The notes beneath the pieces are model-generated. The model searched no databases. It saw only the letters and a program-made list of their open reading frames with translations, and had not been told where the DNA came from. A stretch of DNA of 64,000 nt from Lingula anatina. Taxonomy: Eukaryota; Animalia; Brachiopoda. Shown one piece after another: positions 51,501 to 63,500 of the stretch; position 1 is the first letter of the stretch; each line of letters opens with the position of its first letter. The position numbers were made by a program, and so were the translations under genes. The DNA is taken from NCBI GenBank assembly GCA_051362555.1, contig CM120642.1:62001-126000 (forward strand). Direction: 5' to 3'.

Positions 51501-54500
51501 TGCTGCAGACTAGCTATAGTGGCTTGTTGAACCAAGTCCTGAAATATTCACATGAATGTTATTTACTTTGTCACAATATCTCATTGCATCGCTACACTTT
51601 AAACAAGGCAGAACTATTTAAAGTCTTGAAGTCATGTAAACAGGCTACTTCTCTTTATCACAAACAAATTATAACTGCTTCAATCATTCAGAGCTATCAG
51701 CAGGATTGTGAGCTTACCCTATCCTCAGCATCTTGTGCTGTTTTCCTCAAACTGGTGATGGTTTTATTGAAAGCTTTTTGCATGTCTTCATTCTTCTTCT
51801 TGAAACTTTGACTTAATTCCTCTAAATACCTGCAACAAAGAGATGAGAGGCAAATCACCATTGCGAGTGAACAGCACATATTCTGATATCAATGTGACTG
51901 CTGAAGTAAATCATTGACAACACATAAATAATGCCTAATACTTTGATTAAATAGTTTATCTTTATTAGGTAATACCCAATGATGTCTGGTACTTTCATAA
52001 AATAACTTTACTTAAGTAATATAATTGTAACTAGTGTTTTATGCCTACCTGCTGCTAAGGGATATATTCAGCTCCAGAGCTTTCATCTTATTATTCAACC
52101 TCATCATAGCTGTCTCCTTCTTGATGTTTCCCACAGCAATTATTTTATCCTCATCAGGCATCATATCATGTTTACCTGTCTCAGTCTTGTTCTGGGCATA
52201 AAACTCTTTCTCTTTACTGCCATTCACTTGGGCCTGTATTGGCTCAGTGGTGCCATCTATAGGTTCAGTCACTGGCACTTGTGTGATGGCTTCCTGTGAA
52301 GCTGGACTGTCTTGTGTGCAAGGTTCTAAAAACACAGATTCTGATGCTGATGATGACAGAGAACTCTCATCTTTTTCCCCTGCTGTATTGGATTGTAGAG
52401 GTGGAGGATGAAGTTGATCCGTAGGCTCTACTGCCTTGCTGCTGACTGTTTTCAAAGATGACTGAAGCGTTTCACTAGTCTGCTTTGAAGTGTTCCCAGT
52501 TGCTGCCTGTTGGTGTGTTTTATCTCTGGACTCCTCTATTTCTGTTCTTACTTCTCCAGTGGTGGGTGTGGTTTGTAGTCCAGGGTCTGTGCCAGTGCTA
52601 GACATGTCAGTTTTTATACTCAACTTCTGTGTTGATTCTTTAAACTCCCTGTGTATGCTGGTGGAGCTGGGGTCACTCTGGCTAGGAGCTATACTTCCTG
52701 TGGAACCCGCTGAGTTCAGAGCTGTGCTACTGCTCACCACAACTGTCATGGAGGTGGGTGTGGTCTGGATGACTGACATCTCAGTGACTGACTTTGATAC
52801 TTCACTGGAGGTGGAGCTTGTTCCATCTTTTACTATGTGGGTGGAGCTTGACTTGAGGGCAGAGGTTGGTCTATGGGCGGAGTCAGTCCCACTGACACCT
52901 GTCCCCTGTGTGATTGGCAGTCTGTCACTACATGACATGGGGTGCATACAGCTACCTGTCAGGGCTATAAAATAGCCACAAGTTCCTGATGTCACCTGAG
53001 TTTGATGACTGGTTTTGTCACATACACTACACTCAGATAACAACGACTGCAGGAAACTCTTACGTTTTGACTTCCAAGGTTTACTTCCAGGGCTTGAAGT
53101 GGTTTCTGAGACCTCAGATGGGGTATCTAAACCAAGTTCAGGCCGAACAACAGGTCTGAAATGAATAATAATAATATTAAGTGGTTCATAACATATGCAG
53201 GTTTCTCCTACTGATTATTTGATTAAATATTTTGTAGCTTTGAAGAGTGATCAAACTTATTATTTAAGACAGAAGTCTTTACATAAGACATTTATCAAAT
53301 AAATGTAATGTCAAATGCTGAAGTGTATTTGCCTGGAAACAGCAATAAAACTACGTCTAGTCTAAGACAGTCTTGTTGTCAAAGTGACAGGAGTGTTTTA
53401 ACAGTGTACTTACTTGTCATCAGGAAAACAAGGTTTGGGAACAGCTTCCACAGGTGGCGCCTCTGTACTGCTAGTGCCATTGGTTGCATTACCTACAGAG
53501 ACAAAAGTGACATATTTATATCATGCTGTATTCCAAGAATTTGAACACAGGCTCATAGGGCAATGCCTTAATTGTTTTTTTGTTCATTCATAACAAAATA
53601 ACACAACTCAACTTTAACGAAATCTAAATAAAAATTGCCAATTCTCTTGTAACAGTAATGACTACATGAACAGGTGGCGGTGGAGAAACATTCCCACTGA
53701 AATTAACATTAATTTAGTTGCCAAAACTGACCCAGTAACTATCACACTCACCTGCAGCATCAGCGGTATCACTGTTTACTGTCAACACTGTCTTTACAAT
53801 ACTTAACACTGTATCTGGAAAAAAAAAGATGTACTGTGAGTTTCAGCAGCAAGAGAGATAATGAAGCAAGAAACTAGTCAAACTACTCTTCATATAACCT
53901 AGCTTTTAACTCACCTTTTACCACATCATTTGTCAAAATGGGGAACCTGTGTATTTTCTTCACTTAAAAGAATGGAGAACCAACACAGGGGCGTAACCAG
54001 ACCTTTAAAAATTGTACGCACAGCTTTTTAAAATTCCCAGCAAAATGTAGACTAACGCAACAGATGAAGGACAGCGTAATCACAGCATTTGTACCACACA
54101 TCGCAGCTTAATTTCCATTAATAATAAAATCATCATTTAGTCAGAAATATTCTCGCAATTAAAAAAGTTTCAATATTCTTATTACCCAGAACGGTATTTA
54201 TTTATTTAAAAGGAGGCTAGCTTCGCATATGTGGAACCCCCTTCGAACTAGAGGATCAGAGAGGCGATACCGCCTCCAAATATTGTACCACCAGCTGGAG
54301 CAAGCGCATTCGTATAGACCCCCACATACACAAAATAAGGGACACAGCCACCAGTTTTGTGCTTGACAAGCTGTAAAAATGCAATCAACAAGAATTTTTA
54401 AACTATTGCAAAAAATATATATGGTACAATCAAATTTAAGTTCTTCGTAAGGTAGGTCAAGGGTCAATTTCAAGGTCACAGTAAATTGCCAGTATATGAC

Positions 54501-57500
54501 TTCCTATTCAAGTTCAAGAGTAACTATGGACCTATCTCTGTCAAGTTTGAAGTTAAAAGAGAAAGAAATTAGCAGAGTTCAGTTCATGATAATAAGTAGG
54601 TCGAACGTCATTTTCAAGGTCACACTTAGATTGCCAGTATAGGACTTCCTATTCAACTTCAATAGTAACTATGGACCTATCTCAGCCAGTTTTGGAGATA
54701 AAAGGGAAGCAAAATTTGCAAAATTCAGTTCATGGTGAAAAGTAGGTCAAAGGTCAATTTCAAGGTCACATTTAGATTGCCAGTATATGACTTTCTATTC
54801 AAGTTCAATAGTAACTATGGACCTATCTCTGCCAGTTTTGGAGATAAAAGGGAAGCAAAATTAGCAGAGTTCAGTTCATGATAATAAGTAGGTCAAACGT
54901 CATTTTCAAGGTCACACTTAGATTGCCAGTATAGGACTTCCTATTCAACTTCAATAGTAACTATGGACCTATCTCAGCCAGTTTTGGAGATAAAAGGGAA
55001 GCAAAATTTGCAAAATTCAGTTCATGGTGAAAAGTAGGTCAAAGGTCAATTTCAAGGTCACATTTAGATTGCCAGTATATGACTTTCTATTCAAGTTCAA
55101 TAGTAACTATGGACCTATCTCTGCCAGTTTTGGAGATAAAAGGGAAGCAAAATTTGCAAAGTTCAGTTTATGGTGAAAAGTAGGACAAAGGTCAATTTTA
55201 ATGTCACATTTATAATGCCAGTATATGACTTCCTATTCAAGTTCAATAGTAACTATGGACCTATCTCTGCCAGTTTTGGAGATAAAAGGGAAGCAAATTT
55301 TGCAAAGTTCAGTTTATGGTGAAAAGTAGGTCAAAGGTCAATTTTAAGGTCACATTTAGATTGCCAGTATATGACTTCCTATTCAAGTTCAATAGTAACT
55401 ACGGACCTATCTCTGCCAGTTTTGGAGATAAAAGGAAAGCAAAATTTGCAAAATTCAGTTCATGGTGTAAAGTAGGTCAAAGGTCAATTTTAAGGTCACA
55501 TTTAGATTGCCAGTATATGACTTCCTATTCAAGTTCAATAGTAACTATGGACCTATCTCTGCCAGTTTTGGAGATAAAAGGGAAGAAAAATTTGCAAAGT
55601 TCAGTTTATGGTGAAAAGTAGGTCAAAGGTCAATTTCAAGGTCATAGTAAGATTGCCAGTATATGACTTCCTATTCAACTTCAATAGTAACTATGGACCT
55701 ATCTCTGCCAGTTTTGGAGATATAAGGGACTAGATGTTATAATTTTGGAATTACCATAATGTGCCTTAAATTTCGTACAGAAAAAATTAATTAAAATAAA
55801 GAAAATGTCATTTTGGTCAAAATTCTTGAAATAGGAGGTGCTCTGAAGTTTCAGAAGTTCAAATTTGATGAAATAATGTCATTTTTGAACACAAGTTGTC
55901 TGCTTTGCCAAGCCTTATGTTTTATTTTTCCAGAGTTCAAAATTTATTATCCATTACCGTACTGCATATTTTGCTCTTACCACCAATATGTACTTTTTGA
56001 TAGAGTGTAACTCGAAAACCGTATGGAATACAAAAAAACCGAGACCACCTCCAGTGTTGGGCTTTACATGCTCTACAAAATGCAAAAAAGAATGGGTCTC
56101 TAGCATTAACGGTTCCCGAATTAGAAACAGTTTTAAGTTTCGGTATCTTATGGCCGCTACTCCCGTGAAAATGCACCGATTGACCCCAAATTCATGGAGA
56201 TGAAACATGACCTGAAGGGTAACACTTTCCAATAATATTATTGGTTAAGTCTGTGTGGTGTCTGAATAACAGGGCAAAAAAATTTTTTTTCGTAAAAAAT
56301 TTCATTTTTTTGAAAATTTTGGCCCATTTGACCTTGAAGTAGAGGTCAAAGGTCAAATCCAAGGGTATATTTGAAATCTACACCTATGACTTTTGGAAAG
56401 CCGTCTATAGAAATTTTTCCCATAACTCCTTCCGTAGGGTAGATAATTAGCATTTAATTTTGCCATTTTTAGACAAGGGTGCATTGCAATGAGTGCCACA
56501 CCCAGACCCCAATACCGACAAAGCCCAAATTTTACGTGGAATGAGTTGAGATTATAGGTGACCTAAATCCATGAGATGGGTACGGGGGCCCTTACCATCT
56601 AGGAGGATAAGCGGTAACGGTAGCCGTCCGGCGGAGCCAGCGGAGCCGGCGGAGCCGGCGGAACGATCCGGACGGGACCGAAACCATGTGCACCGCCAGC
56701 GTTAACGCTGGTGGTACAATAATCCTGGATCCACCTCTGAGTTGAACTAACATACGGTTTCATTCACCTTACATGTGGATGCATGGCTCCCCAAAACATC
56801 CAATTGTACGACACGACAGAGCTCTGATACATCCAAGTTTAATTATTTGTTTGTAAAAATTGCCCATGTCACCCTGTTAGTTTGGAGGGGTAAGCTTGGT
56901 CAAGTCCGTGTCAAAATTCTTTGAAGCTTTGCAGGAAAAATTCTTCCTTTGTTTCTCTAGCTCCTTATTAAACCTGGTGTCCAGATTTTATCTAGTGCCC
57001 CCAGGGTTGCGGGAGCTGCTCCTTGAAAATAACACTCAGGCAGATTTTTACCTGAGATAAACATCGCCAGCGAGAATGCGTTCGATATTCTCAAGAAAGA
57101 GGCTGCAAGAGAGTTGAGGGCCAGTGAACCCTCCAATTAAGAGGTAAAGGAAGTTCCAGTTAGATGGACGATTAAGATGGGACTTGTTAAGGTTACAGGC
57201 ATTGTTTACCTCAATTCAATAAAAGTATGTAAGGGGGGGGGGTCAGAACAATTGTGCCTATACAATTGATACAGAGGATTTGTACATACAGGTGACTTTA
57301 ATAAGCAGAGGATTTTCTTTTATATTTCGTGAAAAATACACTTTATTTATATAAAATAATATCATAGTTGGCCAAAAAATTGTACGCACAGTGCATCCGT
57401 ACGTATGCCTAGTTATGCCCATGCCAACAGATTACATATTTTCACCACTTGGTAAAATGGGGAACCAATAAAAGTATTCAGTGAAAGTATTTTCTCTGGT

Positions 57501-60500
57501 TATTACCTTTAGCTGTATTAAACAAGTTCACGGATCCTGTATCCTCTGCAGTGCTGCCATCTTCAGGGCTTTGGTCATCTTCACCATCATCATCAAGGTC
57601 ATTCATGTTCCAACCAAATACCCTGAAACATGGTGGGGACACCTAAATAAATTCAATCTTTTCACTGTGTCAATGTAAGATACTTGACACCTATGACACC
57701 TACTTCTCAATAGCCTATCACCACAATTACCTCTACATATCACAGATTATTTCAATTGCATTTCAAAAACAGCTAGGTCACCATACACATATTAAAACCT
57801 GGCAAAATGGGTATGCCTGTATTTTGGGGTCACCATACACATATTAAAACCTGGCACATGGGTATGCCTGTATTTTGGGGTCACCATAGACATATTAAAA
57901 CCTGGCACATGGGTATGCCTGTATTTTGGGGTCACCATACACATATTAAAACCTGGCACATGGGTATGCCTGTATTTCCAAAATTAAAGTGTTTTTTTTT
58001 TCTTACATTTTAATGGTCAAATAAGATGATGCAAGAGTATTAAGTTAACTAGACAGCAAAGCTGGCCTGTAACACAAAAAAACATTTCCCATTGCTTCAT
58101 ATTAACATTAAGCAGTACACTCCAATTAACAATAATTTTGAATGAAATTGCTCACAGAGCAAGGACTTGTGAATTATATAATATAATTTATACTTCTTGT
58201 GTGAAAACAAAGGAATAAGAGAGTGCTGGAAACTTGAGTTTTAACATAACATTTAATCCTGAATCCAGCTGTGTTGTTTAATCAAGTGGCTAATGGTTTA
58301 CACCAACAGATTACTAAAGGGCTTTCTGACAGTGTAATCAATTTTACTGTGTAGCATTTCAATAAAATAAGAGTTCAAAATTGTAAGATATCACCAAACT
58401 GAATCTAGTTTCTGATCCTCATGAAAATCAAAGCAGTTCACCCTAGGTCTTTTATCAATCTACAAAACAATGAGGCAAAAATCTCTAAGATTGTGGCCAC
58501 TACTGCCGACCCAAAAAATGGTACTGCAGACAAACTCACAAAAGCACAAACAAACAAGCAGACAATTAGACCAGCAAAAGTTTTTTCACAAGTAAAATGA
58601 TTGATTTTACTAATATTGGAAAGGTTCCTTCCTGTATACCAAATATAGCCACTCAATAAATTTAAGTAATTTAAAACAAAAATATGATTTGGCAGTTTTT
58701 AGGCTGAACAACAGATGTTTTGGACAGTAACACAGTGATACAGACAGACATATTATTCAGAATATATGAGGACACAAAATGTACATAAAATGAGGTCTTC
58801 ACGTTAACACTACCTGAGAATGCTGACTGGGCAATAGTGTTCTTTACCATAATATGATATATATAAATGACACAAAGTGTCTGTATATAAAATGAGGTCT
58901 TCATGTTAACACTACCTGAGAATGCTGACTGGGCAATAGTGTTCTTTACCATAATATGATATATATAAATGACACAAAGTGTCTGTATATAAAATGAGGT
59001 CTTCATGTTAACACTACCTGAGAATGCTGACTGGGCAATAGTGTTCTTTACCATAATATGATATATATAAATGACACAAAGTGTCTGTATATAAAATGAG
59101 GTCTTCACGTTAACACTACCTGAGAATGCTGACTGGGCAATAGTGTTCTTTACCATAATATGATATATATAAATGACACAAAGTGTCTGTATATAAAATG
59201 AGGTCTTCATGTTAACACTACCTGAGAATGCTGACTGGGCAATAGTGTTCTTTACCATAATATGATATATATAAATGACACAAAGTGTCTGTATATAAAA
59301 TGAGGTCTTCACGTTAACACTACCTGAGAATGCTGACTGGGCAATAGTGTTCTTTACCATAATATGATATATATAAATGACACAAAGTGTCTGTATATAA
59401 AATGAGGTCTTCATGTTAACACTACCTGAGAATGCTGACTGGGCAATAGTGTTCTTTACCATAGTGGGTCAGCATTTCAAACTGAAACAATGATGAAAAA
59501 GTTGAAACCATTAAAAACTGTGCTTCAAAGACAAAGCACATATTCTAGTCAACACTGACAACTATCTGCATATTGTGCATCTATTTGTCTTCAGTTTAAC
59601 TTAGGTAAACAGAAGGCAGCATTGTAAATGATGGCAACAGTAGTATGTACACTGCAAGATATTAGATGACAGTTTCTCTTTAGAAAGGAGCACTTGTACA
59701 TGTTAATTCCTATTTGTCTGACAATTAAGTTAAGTTGCAATATAACTATTCTAAAAAAGCCACATGGTAAAAAGGTAGTAAGAATGCATATCCCATGATG
59801 TGCCACTTACCTTGACATATTTGGCATAGGTCTGACCATCTACATGAAAGCTCTGTACATCTCTCTCCTCCCTGGCGTGGAACAACCCCAGCAACTGCCA
59901 GTCTTTAGTGGGATACCTGTAACCAGATCACAGATATTGTTGAATACAATATGTGCCAGTCTTTAGTGGGATACCTGTAACCAGATCACAGATATTGTTG
60001 AATACATTATGTGCCAGTCTTTAGTAGGATACCTGTAACTAGATCACAGATATTGTTGAATACAATATGTGCCAGTCTTTAGTGGGATACCTGTAACCAG
60101 ATCACAGATTGAATACAATATGTGCCAGTCTTTAGTGGGATACCTGTAACCAGATCACAGATTGAATACAATATGTGCCAGTCTTTAGTGGGATACCTGT
60201 AACCAGATCACAGATATTGTTGAATACAATATGTGCCAGTCTTTAGTGGGATACCTGTAACCAGATGACAGATTGAATACAATATGTGCCAGTCTTTAGT
60301 GGGATACCTGTAACCAGATCACAGATATTGTTGAATACAATATGTGCCAGTCTTTAGTGGGATACCTGTTACCAGATCACAGATATTGTTGAATACAATA
60401 TGTGCCAGTCTTTAGTGGGATACCTGTAACCAGATCACAGATATTGTTGAATACAATATGTGCCAGTCTTTAGTGGGATACCTGTAACCAGATCACAGAT

Positions 60501-63500
60501 ATTGTTGAATACATTATGTGCCAGTCTTTAGTGGGATACCTGTAACCAGACCAAAGATTGAATACAATATGTGCCAGGCTTTAGTGGGATACCTGTAACC
60601 AGATCACAGATATTGCTGAATACAATATGTGCCAGTCTTTAGTGGGATACCTGTAACCAGATCACAGATATTGTTGAATACAATATGTGCCAGTCTTTAG
60701 TGGGATACCTGTAACCAGATCACAGATATTGTTGAATACATTATGTGCCAGTCTTTAGTGGGATACCTGTAACCAGACCAAAGATTGAATACAATATGTG
60801 CCAGTCTTTAGTGGGATACCTGTAACCAGATCACAGATATTGTTGAATACAATATGTGCCAGTCTTTAGTGGGATACCTGTAACCAGATCACAGATATTG
60901 TTGAATACAATATGTGCCTATTTGCAGCACATTTAAAATAACGACAAAAAGCTCACTAAATACAAAAATAAAACTACTCATTGCCACAATGGCTTAGGCT
61001 ACTGGGCTAGCTGCACAAGAGGCTGGTGTAACTGCTCACCTTTCTGCCACATAAGCTTTGAAAGTCTCCGGCACAGAGGAGAAGAGCTCAAAGTTGGCAA
61101 TCTCTAGAGTCCTCACTTGAATGGGCTCACACAGTTCCACCACAAACCTGGAACAGAACAGGAAACAGAACATAATGGGTAATTTCTTCAGCTTCTACAA
61201 CTCTCAGCATTGTATAAAAGATACCCTTGACAATTACATATCTAATATTAAAAAATGTCTTCATGCATTCTACATGTGAATGGACACTTTCAGTCCAGTT
61301 AAAACCAGTTTCAGGAAATAAGGAGCACACCTTAAACCCACAATTATTTGCTGTCACTAAGGTTAATGACATACTCACCATTTCTTGATGTTGCAAGGGT
61401 TAATCACGTACTCACCATTTCTTGATGTTACAAGGGTTAATCATATATTCATCTTTGTTCTCAGTGAGGACAGACAGGGTATCTCTAGCTTCAGGGTTGT
61501 GAGCCACCAGCTTGGCACCACAGGACTTGGAGGCATAGTTGATGTTGGGTTTCTTCACTGACTTGGTGTTGCCGTTGGTGTGGGGGAGCACCTGCTGGTC
61601 TACAGTGATTTTACAAGTAAATAACTTTGCATTAAAGTTGGTGTGGGGGAGCACCTGCTGGTCTACAGTGATTTTACAAGTAAATAACTTTGTATTAAAG
61701 TTGGTGTGGGGGAGCACCTGCTGGTCTACAGTGATTTTACAAGTAAATAACTTTGTATTAAAGTTGGTGTGGGGGAGCACCTGCTGGTCTACAGTGATTT
61801 TACAAGTAAATAACTTTGCATTAAAGTTGGTGTGGGGGAGCACCTGCTGGTCTACAGTGATTTTACAAGTAAATAACTTTGTATTAAAGTTGGTGTGGGG
61901 GAGCACCTGCTGGTCTACAGTGATTTTACAAGTAAATAACTTTGTATTAAAGTTGGTGTGGGGGAGCACCTGCTGGTCTACAGTGATTTTACAAGTAAAT
62001 AACTTTGTATTAAAGTTGGTGTGGGGGAGCACCTGCTGGTCTACAGTGATTTTACAAGTAAATAACTTTGTATTAAAGTTGGTGTGGGGGAGCACCTGCT
62101 GGTCTACAGTGATTTTACAAGTAAATAACTTTGTATTAAAGTTGGTGTGGGGGAGCACCTGCTGGTCTACAGTGACTTTACAAGTAAATAACTTTGTATT
62201 AAAGTTGGTGTGGGGGAGCACCTGCTGGTCTACAGTGATTTTACAAGTAAATAACTTTGTATTAAAGTTGGTGTGGGGGAGCACCTGCTGGTCTACAGTG
62301 ATTTTACAAGTAAATAACTTTGTATTAAAGTTGGTGTGGGGGAGCACCTGCTGGTCTACAGTGATTTTACAAGTAAATAACTTTGTATTAAAGTTGGTGT
62401 GGGGGAGCACCTGCTGGTCTACAGTGATTTTACAAGTAAATAACTTTGTATTAAAGTTGGTGTGGGGGAGCACCTGCTGGTCTACAGTGATTTTACAAGT
62501 AAATAACTTTGTATTAAAGTTGGTGTGGGGGAGCACCTGCTGGTCTACAGTGATTTTACAAGTAAATAACTTTGTATTAAAGTTGGTGTGGGGGAGCACC
62601 TGCTGGTCTACAGTGATTTTACAAGTAAATAACTTTGTATTAAAGTTGGTGTGGGGGAGCACCTGCTGGTCTACAGTGATTTTACAAGTAAATAACTTTG
62701 TATTAAAGTTGGTGTGGGGGAGCACCTGCTGGTCTACAGTGACTTTACAAGTAAATAACTTTGTATTAAAGTTGGTGTGGGGGAGCACCTGCTGGTCTAC
62801 AGTGATTTTACAAGTAAATAACTTTGTATTAAAGTTGGTGTGGGGGAGCACCTGCTGGTCTACAGTGATTTTACAAGTAAATAACTTTGTATTAAAGTTG
62901 GTGTGGGGGAGCACCTGCTGGTCTACAGTGATTTTACAAGTAAATAACTTTGTATTAAAGTTGGTGTGGGGGAGCACCTGCTGGTCGATCTACAGTGATT
63001 TTACAAGTAAATAACTCTGGGTTGTATATTCATCAAATATGTGTCATTTCTCAGACAGGGTACTGGTATGGCAGAAAGGTCAGAACATTTGATAGACTTC
63101 TTTAATGACATTTCTTACAGTCTTCAATAAAACGTTGTTCCTTACCAGCTAACACCAACAGGCTGTAATGTATCCCCAGTCAATACTCTACTAAAACAAT
63201 GCAATCAACGTTAACCTTTTTCTCAACTACATCAACTGTATAAAACAGCCACACAGCAAGGCATAACTTACCATCTTGTTTTTTCTTCTGTTCCTCTGCC
63301 AGCTTCTGCTGTGCCCAGGCATCAAAGGGGAGGATCTCTTTGTCTGAGGAAGGCACTATGGGCTCATCATCTCTGCTGACAGGGGGCACAACCGTCTTCT
63401 GCTCCTCTGTTGGCCCAACTTTTGAGGAAGGTTCAGTTTTATCAACTTGGACAGAATCTGGGGTCTTCTTGATATGACCATCACCTGGTGGTGTTACGCC

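Noticed and set aside
52490-52975. 161-aa plus-strand ORF
   Set aside because: It is the antisense shadow of the large Ser/Thr-rich SUCO exon.
58047-58600. Possible additional decayed HINE (AACTAGACAGCAAAGCTGG start, CAAA/CAGA microsatellite)
   Set aside because: The 3' hairpin and subterminal repeats could not be identified with confidence.
58671-59462. 263-aa repeat ORF on the minus strand
   Set aside because: It is a different frame from SUCO and an artefact of the 102-bp unit. The SUCO frame stops immediately after the donor.
61539-63014. 491-aa plus-strand ORF ([20 protein letters not shown] repeats)
   Set aside because: It is the antisense reading of the 63-bp array and is open only because the unit lacks stops.
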